Part shown: piece by piece, positions 41,701 to 53,928 of the stretch
Layout: each line of letters starts with the position of its first letter
Numbering within the stretch: the stretch's first letter is position 1
Source of the DNA: Haliotis rubra
Taxonomy: Eukaryota
Length of the DNA stretch: 64,000 nucleotides
NCBI RefSeq assembly: GCF_003918875.1
Contig: NW_025765536.1
Location: 682,001 to 746,000, forward strand
Reading direction: 5' to 3'
Position numbers and translations under genes: made by a program
Notes under the pieces: generated by a model
The model's input: only the letters and a program-made list of their open reading frames with translations
What the model was told of the DNA's origin: nothing
Databases searched by the model: none

Positions 41701-44083
41701 GACTGGTTGAGCAGGCTATGTGCTATTAACTTCGACAAAACATGCACATATATATGAGAACGTTGATATCCTGAACCTTTTCAGTTGATTCAATGCCATT
41801 CTGTTATTATCTTTTACAAAACACCATTCCATATACATGTATATGAGAATTCTGAGATCTGAAATGGTTTTTTTGAGTGTTTCAGTGATACTTTGTAATT
41901 AACTTATGTAAAATATGATTACACATACATAGGGAGGAACAGATCTGAATTTCAGCTTTCATATTTAGACAGCTCAGAGGCAGAAAAACAGATCTGCAAG
42001 TGATATGCATAAGATTATGGTACTGTACAATATTATTTAAGGCAGATCTTTTAGAAACTACTTTTTGTAATAGCAATATGACTGTAAAAGCAAAGAAACA
42101 TGCTCTTCTCAGGCGACATATTTCTTCTTCACATATATTTACTGGTTTGATCCCATATCTACTGATTTGAAACAAAATGCAAGCATTGAAATTTCAAATC
42201 TTACAAGTATTTTCATATCTGCCAACAAAAGCCTCAATCATCTCTCCAGGATCATGAAAAAATTGGTTTGTATTGACAAAAAGAAGTGTCCCCCTCCTTT
42301 CAACTTTAACCCGAATCCTCTCCATGAAAAACACTGAAGCCTGTTTCAACAAAAGTTTGTGGTTGACATCTGTTTGTTCACTCTAGAAATACAATCACGT
42401 CACATCCCATCCTGACAGTTGGACAAGAGGCATCCAATAGCTCACTGCTCTCCAATACGGTTTGTTGTCTTCAAAACCACAAAGACATCTTATTTCCACT
42501 TTCTTCTTCAAGTTAATTGTAGCGTTGTGTCATACTGAGCCGAGCTGATTCTCATCCTCAGTTTCATACCATCCTTCAAGTTCGGTCATCCGTCTCTACA
42601 TCATTTTCCATTGATTTCCACTTCCCCCCGCAGACGTCAAACCAGAATCGAGCAGACGTCAATCCAGATGATCTCTCAAGCATGAGAACCTTTACACCTT
42701 CTTGCTTGTTTACACAAGCTTTACACTTGAAGTCATTTTGGACGATTTTCATAGTCCTCTGAAACTTGACAACGGCTTCGATTCCAGAAAATTTTCACGC
42801 CACCTACGATCTGAGTGTGATCTCCATTCAATCGCGATTTCATTCTGACTATGAAAAACTGAGGACTTTTTTCAAACAAGGAATCAATACTTTTCAAATG
42901 TTTTCCAATTACTTGAGATGCGGCATGGATTAATTATCTCCCAAAGAGGGCCAGTAGTCTCTTAAGGTATTTTGTCAAACATAATGTCCAACTTTGTTCT
43001 GTTACTGAACCATAAAACATTTTTTCCTAATACATGATGTATAGATATATATTAAAAGTTATAATGTCCATTTTTCAAAGTATGTTTTTCAGTGGCTTTG
43101 AATACTTCTGCTTTATGGACCCTAAATAGTGTTTATTCACACCAAGATGTTCTAGTGTTGATTTGTTGACAATCTGTTAAAGACCAGCAAAATATAAACA
43201 CAAGTCTGAATTGGTATATCAAATAAAACTTGTTAGTAAACATATTAAGTGAGAGCTAACACAAATATGACCAATCCATGTCACTTGAGTTTGATCACAC
43301 ACAAGCACAGCCAGGCATGATTCATAGGTAAGCCACAAAATTTCATTGTAGTTTTATGAATCCCCAGCAATGCCAAAACATAAATATGCTTAAAATCAAT
43401 TTAAACTATTCATAAACTCTTGATTGCAGAAAGCCTACAAAACAGACGCCTTCTTGCATAAAAAAACCTTTTTGTGGGAGAAAACCTGATTTTTTTTGTA
43501 AATCTTATTACAAATATACAGCATATTCTGACCACGGAAGTGTGCTGCAATCCTATTTAGCAGGATCTTCCCTTCAGCATCACCTGACAAATACACTCCA
43601 TATTGCTACATCTGCCACAAGTGAAGCCAGCATCCCCAAACATACTGGGTCCCTCATCCCTCGCTCTATTAGCAATGTTTTTCTTGAGATCCATCTCCGC
43701 CTGGCATTCTCATCACAGACGTGCCTCTCAGACTGAAGAGCTCCGGTCTAGGTTGCAGACCCAGGATGATCCTCTGACCGTCAAATGGTAGATCCCCGGA
43801 CACCCATGGGACGAGGGGATTGAAGGGGAGCGTTGATGTCTCTCTATGTAGGGGGCTGTGTTTGGCTTGTAACCTACATTTGGGTATGCAACAACTACCC
43901 CAGACATGCTGATGGATGGTCTGTTACCACAATTATATGTTACAATGCTTTAGACTTAGTGGCAGAAATGACAAAGGAACAGATCTGGATTGAAAATATA
44001 GCTTTTGAAAATTCACATCTGTGTTGCTGAGTTGCGGAACTGATCAGAAATGAGAGACTGAGTGGGTATGGTATAAAGCTGAT

Positions 44084-44295
44084 TGAGTGGGTGAGTTTAG
44101 TATTATGCCGCACCCAGCAATATTCCAGCTATATTGCGGCAGTCTGTAAATAATCGAGTCTGGACCAGACAATCCAGTGATCAACAGCATGAGCATCGAT
44201 CTACACAATAGGGATACGATAACACCGATCCTGTTAATCGCCTCTTACAAGCATGGGTTACCAACAATCAATTCTAACCTGTATCTTTGCGGGTT
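44084..44295 (-). mobile_element. Family B retroposon with internal deletion
   Basis: Matches the B consensus at both ends but lacks the ggtcaggctcgctgacttgg segment. Confidence 0.88.
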
Positions 44296-46538
44296 GGTGT
44301 AAGATAGCTTTGAATAGTATTGAAACATTTGACAAGTGACATGGGTTGTATTTGATAAATACTCACATATAAAAGACATGCCAAAGTGCAGAAATGAACT
44401 GCATTTATCGCACTGATCTGATGAAGCTCACATGCTCACAGAACACATCTATCGTAAACCAGAACAGACACCAATGTGTGTCCTTAAAATTTGGTGGAAA
44501 AAGTAATAAATAAATCAAAGTGAATTATTTTGTTCAGATAATATTAAAGAGCTGTCAATTTGTAATTTGTTTTTTTATAACTTAATTGTTGAATGCATTA
44601 TAACTATAATTATTATTAACTATTATAACTATATCTGAAGATAATCAAGTTTGTCTGAGGGAGAAACATCTATCTCTGTTGTAGAAGTACTTTTTCAAAT
44701 ATGGCTGTTGTCAACTTCATGATGCCATTGTTGAAGTATGCTGGCCTAGTAAGATGGATGACTTGGAATTTCATCAGTTGTAGCAGAAGCTGAGTGTTAG
44801 GTCAGGACTGGCCATACATCACCATAAGGACGTATTCCAAACGGGAGGGTGACAAGTGTAGATCTAAGGTTGAATTATTCAAGTGGTAACTTGTGTCCAT
44901 ACATCATTCAAGGAAAGGAATGATAATTTTTGACCCACATATATATGCGATGCCCACACCACCTTCCCCAAATTATTATGTTTCAGGTTCCTATGCAATG
45001 ATTTTCAAACAAACATGTCTTTCATAATTTTCAGATATTTCATCGTGGGCAGATAACTCTAACCTTCTTAAAAACGAAAACAAATGCAGAAACTGTAAAT
45101 GAAGACAGGCTTGATGTCTTCTTCTGGTTGGAGGAAGGTTTCTAGTCCTTGTCAACTGTAGTTTCAGCATTATTCTAATGAACGTGAATAAATCACTGTG
45201 AAAATGTCACTTTTATACTGGAGAGAACTATGTGTTTCTTCCACAAAGACTGTTCATGTTATCTGAGGCAAATAACCAGAAATAGCCATTTAGGAATTCT
45301 TTGTAGACGATATTTTTAGAAGCAATGCTAATGAGATTGTCATTTTCAAACCTAAATGGACTTATATGATACTACTGAAGTGATAATGAAAAAAGTTTTT
45401 TAAGCTTTCACAACTATTTTTTCTCTATCCTTTACATCTCTGAATTAGGTTGATTTTCTAGACATAGACAGTAGAAAGATATGGAGAAGAATTTTTCTGC
45501 CATAACAGACTCACAGATTTCCTCACAAAATTTGTATAAAATTGTTCTTTCATTCATTTTGTAATTACATACTTTATGTGTTCTATCAAAAAATTATAAA
45601 AAAGATATTGGCTAGTTATATGAACATGTCAAATAATCTTCACAATATCTCGAAAACTTACATTTCTTTAAAATTTGACATATGCCTCGGTCAATTTATC
45701 TTACCCTATCTTATGTCCTCTAAAAAGGTCGCTTGTCAGTAATGTCAGTGAAGAATGTCAAACGTGAAGAATAGTAGCACATCCTCACCGTCTGGATATT
45801 TCACTTGATAACCATCGTAGATATCAATTATGGTGTTTGACATCTGCTCCCAAAGGGCAGTGACAACTCAAAGAAACACTACTGCATTTTGGAGTAGGAC
45901 ACTTTTATCCTCGCGAATAGATAATGATGTTCCTTAATAATTGAGTTTGGTTGGAATTTCTGAACTAACCAACTTAACATAAGATACCATGGCATTTTGT
46001 CCGTGGGGACTCTGAAAATGTTACTTCAGTGGAGGAAGTGAGAACCAATGCAATTATGAAATAGACAGAGGTCTGCCTGTCAAGAAAAATATTTACAGCT
46101 CAAGAGACATGTGTGTTTCAATATTAGATATACATGTGAAAATAGGGGCGTTTTTCACTTATCACATCTCGGTATTTTTAACTGAAGGTCACACATATAA
46201 GTAAATAGTTCCTGTTGATATTTCAGGATTGTAGATAGTGGTTTAAATGACAGTTAACATTAACTTTTTAAATTCATAGATCTTAAAATTGTTTTTATCA
46301 ACTCCATATCAATACAAACATTAATGCTAAAACACATGAAATCTTTTGTATTTCAGTTTTGAAATATGGTTTTAATAATCACACGTTTGAAGAGCACAGA
46401 AGTATGATATCACACGTTGACTGCAGTGAAATATGGCAGTATGGGATCATTCAGGAAACATGTCTTGGATGTTGAGGTAATGATGACCTAAGAAAGGAAG
46501 ACATTGGAACATTTAGGCATCTGCTTAATATAAAAGAT

Positions 46539-47120
46539 CAGGCCTACCAAAGAAACACAGAAAAGCCCACATTAATTGTCAAAATAGCAACATAAACATA
46601 ATACCTCGCTACTGAAACAGTAAAAACGGCAACTTTAAATCGCTAACATTGCATCATAAAACGAGGAGCCCGCAACTTCAATTTTGCGCATGCGCACATG
46701 GAAGAGGAAGTCTTGACCGCATGTTGACATTTTCCAGCTTGGACAAAAGTTACATTCCTTTTTAAGTATATCTGTTGTGTTATTTGGCATGTATCATCAT
46801 GATACTTGTGTGCACACTTGTTTAGTTTACTTTCTATTCGAATGAAACGATTGACAGCAATTATTTTGTCATATTTATTACTTTTTCTACGCGAGGCGAT
46901 TCACGTTTGCTCAGAAATTGGAAAGAAGCCCGGATCGTAACGCGCATGCGCAGTAGAGGTCAAAGTTCGCTGATATAAAAATGTTGCAGTTTTATAGTTT
47001 TTCGTTGCCGTTTTTACTGTTTCAGTAGCGAGGTATTATGTTTATGTTGTTATTTCCACGATTAATGTGGGCTTTTCTGCGTTTTTCTGCACAGTGGGAA
47101 AGTTTTCTTTGGTAGGCCTG
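46539..47120. mobile_element. Non-autonomous DNA transposon (MITE), ~100-bp TIRs, 6-bp TSD
   Basis: TIRs caggcctaccaaagaaa...aaaaacggcaac (46539-46633) and their reverse complement (47004-47120). aaagat flanks both ends (46533-46538, 47121-47126). Confidence 0.92.
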
Positions 47121-47166
47121 AAAGATGTGAACATGAGGAGAGCATACTGTCAGTCCAGGACAATCT

Positions 47167-47317
47167 GAGTGAGTGAGTGTCTGCATTAGTATAGTTTTAA
47201 CAATATTCCAGCAATATTATGGTTGAGTATACTAGAGACCCATTTTGTAGTCATTTGTTATTATTAAACCTGACCTTTGGCTTGAAGACAAAACATTTGA
47301 GGTACCCAACCGACCCT
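47167..47317 (-). mobile_element. Highly diverged SINE, family A
   Basis: (GAGT)n tail and caatattccagcaatat, with weak head remnants. Confidence 0.5.
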
Positions 47318-47394
47318 GAAAACCTTAAAGTCCATGTATGAAGTTATAGTGAGAATAGACAGACTTTATTACAAATACACAAAGACATTTAGAA

Positions 47395-47570
47395 AGTGGC
47401 TGAGTTGGTTAGACATCTGACTTTGTGTGCTGGTGATTAGGTGCCTGACTCTGAGGGTGTGGGTTTGAATCCCGGATGGGACTCAAAAGTACTAGAATCT
47501 GTACTTTACCAAGAAAGTGTAATCCCAAATATAACATATGTTAGGCTCTTTTACATTCAGCGAATTTGGG
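47395..47570 (+). mobile_element. tRNA-derived SINE, family C
   Basis: A box tggctgagttgg, B box ggtttgaatccc. Homologous second copy at 9693. Confidence 0.75.
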
Positions 47571-50500
47571 AAAAGATGCTGTGGTATCATGAAGAATGGA
47601 GAAATATATTTGCTTGACTATATGTGAACTGTGAATCTAAACTCGATTTTGTGCAAAGTCAGCAGACACACTACCCACAAGGCTAACCAGCCAGCATCCC
47701 TGACGAAGAAGCTGAGATACTCCAACAGTGAAACACGATGATTCATAACTGCTCATCAAGTCTTAGTGCAGGTCACACATTTAGAGTCAGACAAATGTTA
47801 TATTCATAGTTCCAGGTTGAGTCCTATATTCCATGAGAGTGACTTCAGAAGCTTGAACTCAGGGCAGGAGAGTGAGGTTCAAGAGTGAGTAATTCCCAAT
47901 CTGTGTGGACCGATGGTGAGGCATGGCTGGAGCCAGCACGAGAACTTCCAGAAATGATGGCTATTAGAAAACAATTTGCCTGCAATAAACTCTCCCTCCC
48001 TCAGCCATGTTTGCTTTTCTGGAAGAATTAACTACCAGATGAGGCACAACTAACGTTGACTTACAACATGCACCATATCTGGCTTCTGCATTAAGAAGCT
48101 GATGCATTTTCGCTTCATACATAAAATTTTGTTAAGAGTCACGCAAGACTTCAGGTATTCGAAAATAAGTTGAAAAGTTTGTTTTCTTTCAGCAAAGAAG
48201 AGATGTTTTGTCAAATTTGTGAAAGCAAACCAACACAACACCTGAAAATCTATGTCATTTACACCCCGGTGAAGTTTCTTTTTCAGCTGAATGCATCATG
48301 ATATGCATCCGCTCTGCATCCACCAGAGCTCTTGAAACAAGACTGATCTAATGGTGATAACTGGCTTTCAATACAAACACAATATATAGATGGGCTCTTC
48401 TTCAAGCCCTTATGTTTGGAAACATCTTTACAACAATTTGAAAGCAAAAATTAACTTTCAAAAAAGGATCAAACTATGTTATACTACTTGTATTAAATTC
48501 TTACGAAAACTCTCTGGGTTTCAATACCCAAGAGATTATTATAGAAAAGCTTTCAAAAATGATCACATCATTATATACTGCAAGTAACAAATTCTCAAAA
48601 GAAATGCGTAGTATTTACCAAGTAATCCAAGTCATGGCATGAGAATGAAACATCTTTAATATCAATCTTGCAAGAGTCGTAAATAATTCAATGTGTTAAC
48701 TGTCGACCACTTGTGAGAACTCTTTAGTGCTACTCCTCCTCTTCTATCCAAGGGGTGAAGTTCAAGGTTTTATCGAGGAATCAAAGACTACCTCTATCAT
48801 TACTCTGGTAAATCACTCTGTATCAGGGTGACAGAGTTTAATTTGTTCATGGGAACCCCATGCAAACCTAATAATTGACTCTTCTGAGAGTAGTCTCCCA
48901 GGATATGGACTATGTAGGTAAAATAAGTAGCTATCAAGATCAACATCAGCAAAAGTAATGTCTTGCCCAAACGCTACTTTCCTTTCAACTAGTTACAAGT
49001 TAAAGTGGAACTGAATTTATGATCATTTATAAAGTTACATTACATGATATATAGATTATCAACAGGATATTTCTTTCATAATTTTCAATGACAAATGACA
49101 AACTGCACAACAAAATAATCTTTGAACATTACTGTAAAGAAGTTTTTAAGAGTTAGCATTTGCAGTATTTTGCAGAACCAAAGAAGATTGTGTTCAGCTT
49201 GTCTAGGATTAAATTAGTTTCCAAAGTGCTTTCAATGAAAAAAATTGCATGCTGAGGGTGAAAAACTTGGCCCGAGTAAGCGTTCTAGAAACTGAAGTAC
49301 CATCCATTTAACACACATTACTTCAAGGGACTATATGTTATAGCTAAAGTTTGAATTGTATTCTTCTCCTTAGGAAAAAAAATCTAGTGAAACAACAGCT
49401 TTTTCCATCTGGCCACCTGTAACCATGAGCTGTGTTCAAATCCCAAGATATTTTAAGTTCTAGCTGACAATATTAGAAATGAGAGTGAAAAGTGTAAAAA
49501 AATCCTTAATTTTACAACAACAAAAAATGACAAAAAGACTGACTATGTCGTACACAGAGTAACAAAAACCAATGACCTTTCAATCTAATGGTTCTTGCCA
49601 AGTTGAGAAAAACTAATGACAGTGTCACTGGAATATCATTACCAATAATCTAATAACAGTGCACTAGCTGAAAGTTACTTGATTGCATGTAATTAATTTA
49701 TAAGCCTCCCAAGCAGTAAAAGCTAAATTACGAAAATATTGTGCAGTCAACATTTTAACAAAACCACAAGTTTCAGTTTTCATTATACCCAGGAGAGGCA
49801 GTTTACAAAACAAAAGCGTGCCAAAGATCTCTCCCAAATCTCTTGATCCCCAAATATAAACAATTAATGGGTTGTTATGAATACAAAGTGATGATCGGGT
49901 TGCATGTTGAAAACCGTTGCGGACTCTGGACTGAAATACTTGACTTGCAAAATCTTCCTCACGAGAGATTAAATGTTGCAAAATTACTGCCTTGTGGGAC
50001 ATGGGATTGTGTTCTGGTTACAACAAAAAGTGGGCACAAAACAGCAGCGAGTCTACACCCAGTAATAGTTAGAGTATCGGCGCTCCTCACTTCTTGACAT
50101 CATGGCCGCTGCTCAGTCTGGATATTGTTGAAGAATTCCCACATGGAACATTAAGAATTAAACTTCTAGAGTTCCTCTTTGTAATATGTTGAGCAGATTG
50201 TTTTCTTAAACTTTCTTTGGAGAATTTCATTTTGCTCCAGTACAAGATTAACCTTCTCCCTTCTGAATGTCAATCGTCTTCCTTGAAAAAGCACCTATCA
50301 TATTTTGTTAACAAAGATTTCTTGAGGTTGATGTAAACAACAGCAAGCAATTATGTCCATTTCGAGTTCCTTTTTTATATTCTAAAAGATTTTTCTCCTC
50401 ACAATGTCAGTGTGACCCTTTGAGATTATATCACCAAGCAAATAGCAAGTCGCACACTAACAAATGTAATGGTTAAAACTGGCTTTCAGGTGTAGACGTT

Positions 50501-50627
50501 CCTCACATATGTTCAGCCATTAATTGTTTGAATAGAAATATTATATATTTATTTATTTCATACACGCTGCAAAAATTCCCCTGGAGATTCCTGGGATAAA
50601 TAAGTCCATACTTTTTGCCTTTGATCC

Positions 50628-51122
50628 TTGTTTAATGGTACAATAATCCAGGCATATGGTGGCACTCTTTTAATGACTGGACCAGAAAAACCAGTGATTG
50701 ATATTATGATCAGTATTCATGTAATTTTAACCCCCAATCCAATCAGTCAATTTTTAAGTCCAGCATGGGATGTTAATTCACCATTCATCAACCCAGTAAG
50801 TCTATCCCACAATCACTGAACTGCATTATTCTCTCTTCTGGCCAGCTCTCCCTAAAATGCTAAAGCACTAAATGAACAAGTCTAGATTTCCTCAGCTTCT
50901 GAATCTCCCAACTCACTGGGGCTCCTTTTCAATTTAAATGGGATTATTGGTTACTACCAAAATTATATATATTCAAATTATATATATAAAGACCAAGCAT
51001 TAGTGTAAAACCAAGTCAGCGAGCCTGACTACCCTATCTGGTTACTCACCTCTTGCTCAGTCACCCCTTAACGACAAACATGGGTTGCAGAAGACCATTT
51101 CTAACCTGGACATTTACCGGAT
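50628..51122 (-). mobile_element. Family B fragments: 3' part 50628-50722 and 5' part 51009-51122
   Basis: ctggaccagaaaaaccagtgat (3' part) and aaccaagtcagcgagcctgac...catgggttgcagaagacc (5' part), collinear and in the same orientation. Confidence 0.65.
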
Positions 51123-53518
51123 TGTTCATGAATGTTCCATTCTGCTGGAACATGATGCTCTTGGTTAACACTGTCCTCTCAGGTTCTTAAAAATCATTCT
51201 GTATTTCATGTGTGCCAATAAATAAATATGTTTCCTGATCCTAAAAAACATGAAATCGACTTATGAGAAAATTGCAAATCCTTTATCTGCTCTTTTCTCA
51301 TCCATACTGCCTGCCCTAGAGCTGCATCAGACACAATTACTACAAAAATGTTTCCCCTCGATAACGAATTCAGTATAAATACCTTATCAAGAAATGATAT
51401 TCATTGCTATGAGATATCATTAATCCCTATTCCCAGAAAATTTCCATATTGCCACGTAAGTCATTATCATATGGGCAGCATCCTTGACAACCGATAGTGA
51501 GACCTCTCAGATTAACTGACCAACATTGTCTTAAATCATTGTAATAAGACAACAACCATCTTGATTTATTGACGTCAACAGAAAAAATAATAGCTCTATG
51601 TGCTAAAAAGATAGCCATGACATGATCACCCTCTTTCTTCCAAGTCTTCATACAAGACAGATACAGATATTTATTCACCATTCATACAATACTCCTTCCA
51701 GAAACTGTTCCAGGAATTGTTCAATGATCTCTGCCCTATTGTATGCATTGTCTTCAGAAAATGACAGGAATATCTTCAACTTTTTCAAGATATAAATTCT
51801 ATTTAGTTGGTTGAGAGTTTTATACTGTTTTAATGTGAAATGCATATAAATATGAATTTAGCATATTCTTTCAACCATGTACAGAGGGACAGTATCAACA
51901 TCAAATTACTCTAAGCATAAACCAGTCATAGATTCTCTGCAAGGTTGCATTTTGGTCTTGCTCTTAATTCAGCAAAATCCAAACCAACATTAAACGTTTA
52001 ATGTTGAAGAAGCTGTTAATGACATCAAACAGAACTTGTAAAAATGCCACAAAAGAAAGAAGATTGATGGTGAGGATTTATCATGATCATATTCCCAAGT
52101 TTACTGGAAAATTCAATACAGTTACGTTCCAATTGGCTGCAGTACTAGATGAAAGCTTTGAAAGCAGCTGAAAGAGAAATGCTATCCATATCATGTATCC
52201 ATAACAAGCTCTACATATCTTCTGTTTCCTAAGCAGCATAATCCATATATTAAATCAACATACAACATGCCAGTCATTGCTTAACTATATCACAGAGCTG
52301 GTTCATTACTGAGATTGATTCAGACACTGATATTCCAAATTTGCCAAAAGTCACATCTTTGGCATCAGAGTCAGAGACCCTGTCAGATTCTATTGACAAT
52401 TATGACTGTCAAAATTCACAACAGTAGCAGGACCATGACAAGAATACATAATTTTGCCAATAGTCACAAAACTGACACAATGAACAGTAGTCGACAGTAA
52501 CCATGCCGCCCAGAGCTAACGGCAACAGAACAACCATGGAAGAAATTACTGATTGTCAGAAACAGCTAAGAAACGCAGGCATTTAAACACTGAAGCAATG
52601 CATGTGTTTCAATGTCAGCGACCTTGGCACCAAAGGATGACAGCCACTTCTATCAGACCTGAAGGCTGTGGTTGTAATGGTCGACAGAGGAAGCAAGGAA
52701 CCTGAGGCTGCTTCCAGTAAGGTTGCCAGTTTCACATCTTGTTAGCAAGCCTGTCTTCTTCACCAATAAACACAGCATCTTGATCAGGAGGCAGAACACG
52801 ACTGTCATATAATGACTGTGTTACATTGCATCCTCATCCATTCTGCTCAGTGATGACCATCTTTTGTGCTGGGAATGCTGCTTACAAGACTGCTTTTGTT
52901 CTGACCTCTTTGCCATGATGAATTGATTTCTTGATTTTTACCACATTTTTCCTGAATTTTAGAAACGTTTATGAAGACAGATTTCATGTAACACTGACTC
53001 AGCGTGTTTTGGTCCTCCAGCATCCTTTCATCCCTGGCTGGGAGGGTCTCACACACTGTAAATATTTACAACCTGGCCTGTTTCTTCAAGAAGGAACCAT
53101 TTATTTGTTCATTTTTCACAACAATTTGGATCAAATATACAGGTCTCAAATACTGCACCGAGGGCAGGTGAGATTAAATTGAAAGACCTACTGATATTTT
53201 GTTCTCTTCAAAATGTTTCCAATACAACAGTCTGGATATATATATTTCCCATTGATTAAACAAAGTTTATAGATTAACAAGACAAACAGTATGTATAACT
53301 ACCCTCTATTCCCTTCAGGTAGGATTAGTTCAGGTGCTAGTTTCATTTTTAAACATTTACTTCAACCACTATATAATACAATCTGTATATTTACATAAAC
53401 ATTATTATACAGTTGTTTGCAACTACAATAATGTGTGGTATATCCAAAGAAGGACATTTTAGCTCTGATCCTAAACATCCTGCACTGTACTGTACTGTAC
53501 TATACTGTACATAATGAT

Positions 53519-53592
53519 CACATTTCTGGTGTCCCCGCCGTGATATTGCTAGAATATTGCTAAAAGCGGTGTAAAACTAAACTCACTCACTC
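53519..53592 (+). mobile_element. 5'-truncated SINE, family A, with TSD
   Basis: 3' ~74 bp of the consensus flanked by acataatgat at 53509-53518 and 53593-53602. Confidence 0.9.
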
Positions 53593-53831
53593 ACATAATG
53601 ATAAAGAAAATCATGTTTAGACAATCAGGGTTTCCAAAACACCCTCTCCCTTTCACAATACCCAATTACACAGGCTTTACCAATTAATAAGGGCAATACC
53701 CCTAACCTTCCACAGGCTCTGAGGATGCTCACCATCCCAGGCACTATTTACTATTACTTCTTCAGTCTAATTCAGAATCATGAGAATATTGGTTCAAGAG
53801 TCCAGCAAACTGTGGAACCAGATGCATATAT

Positions 53832-53928
53832 CCTTACATGGGAAAAATGTGTGAAGCCAATTCTTGTGTCTCCTCCCAGGATATTCCTTGAATGCAGCTG
53901 ACAGCAGCATCAAAGCCCTCACTCACTC
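53832..53928 (+). mobile_element. Diverged SINE, family A (3' part)
   Basis: catgggaaaaatgtgtgaagccaattct...ctcactcactc. Confidence 0.65.

Noticed and set aside
47090-47096. CACAGTG as a RAG/Transib recombination-signal heptamer
   Set aside because: Internal rather than terminal, no nonamer at 12/23 bp, and the TSD is 6 bp rather than 5 bp.
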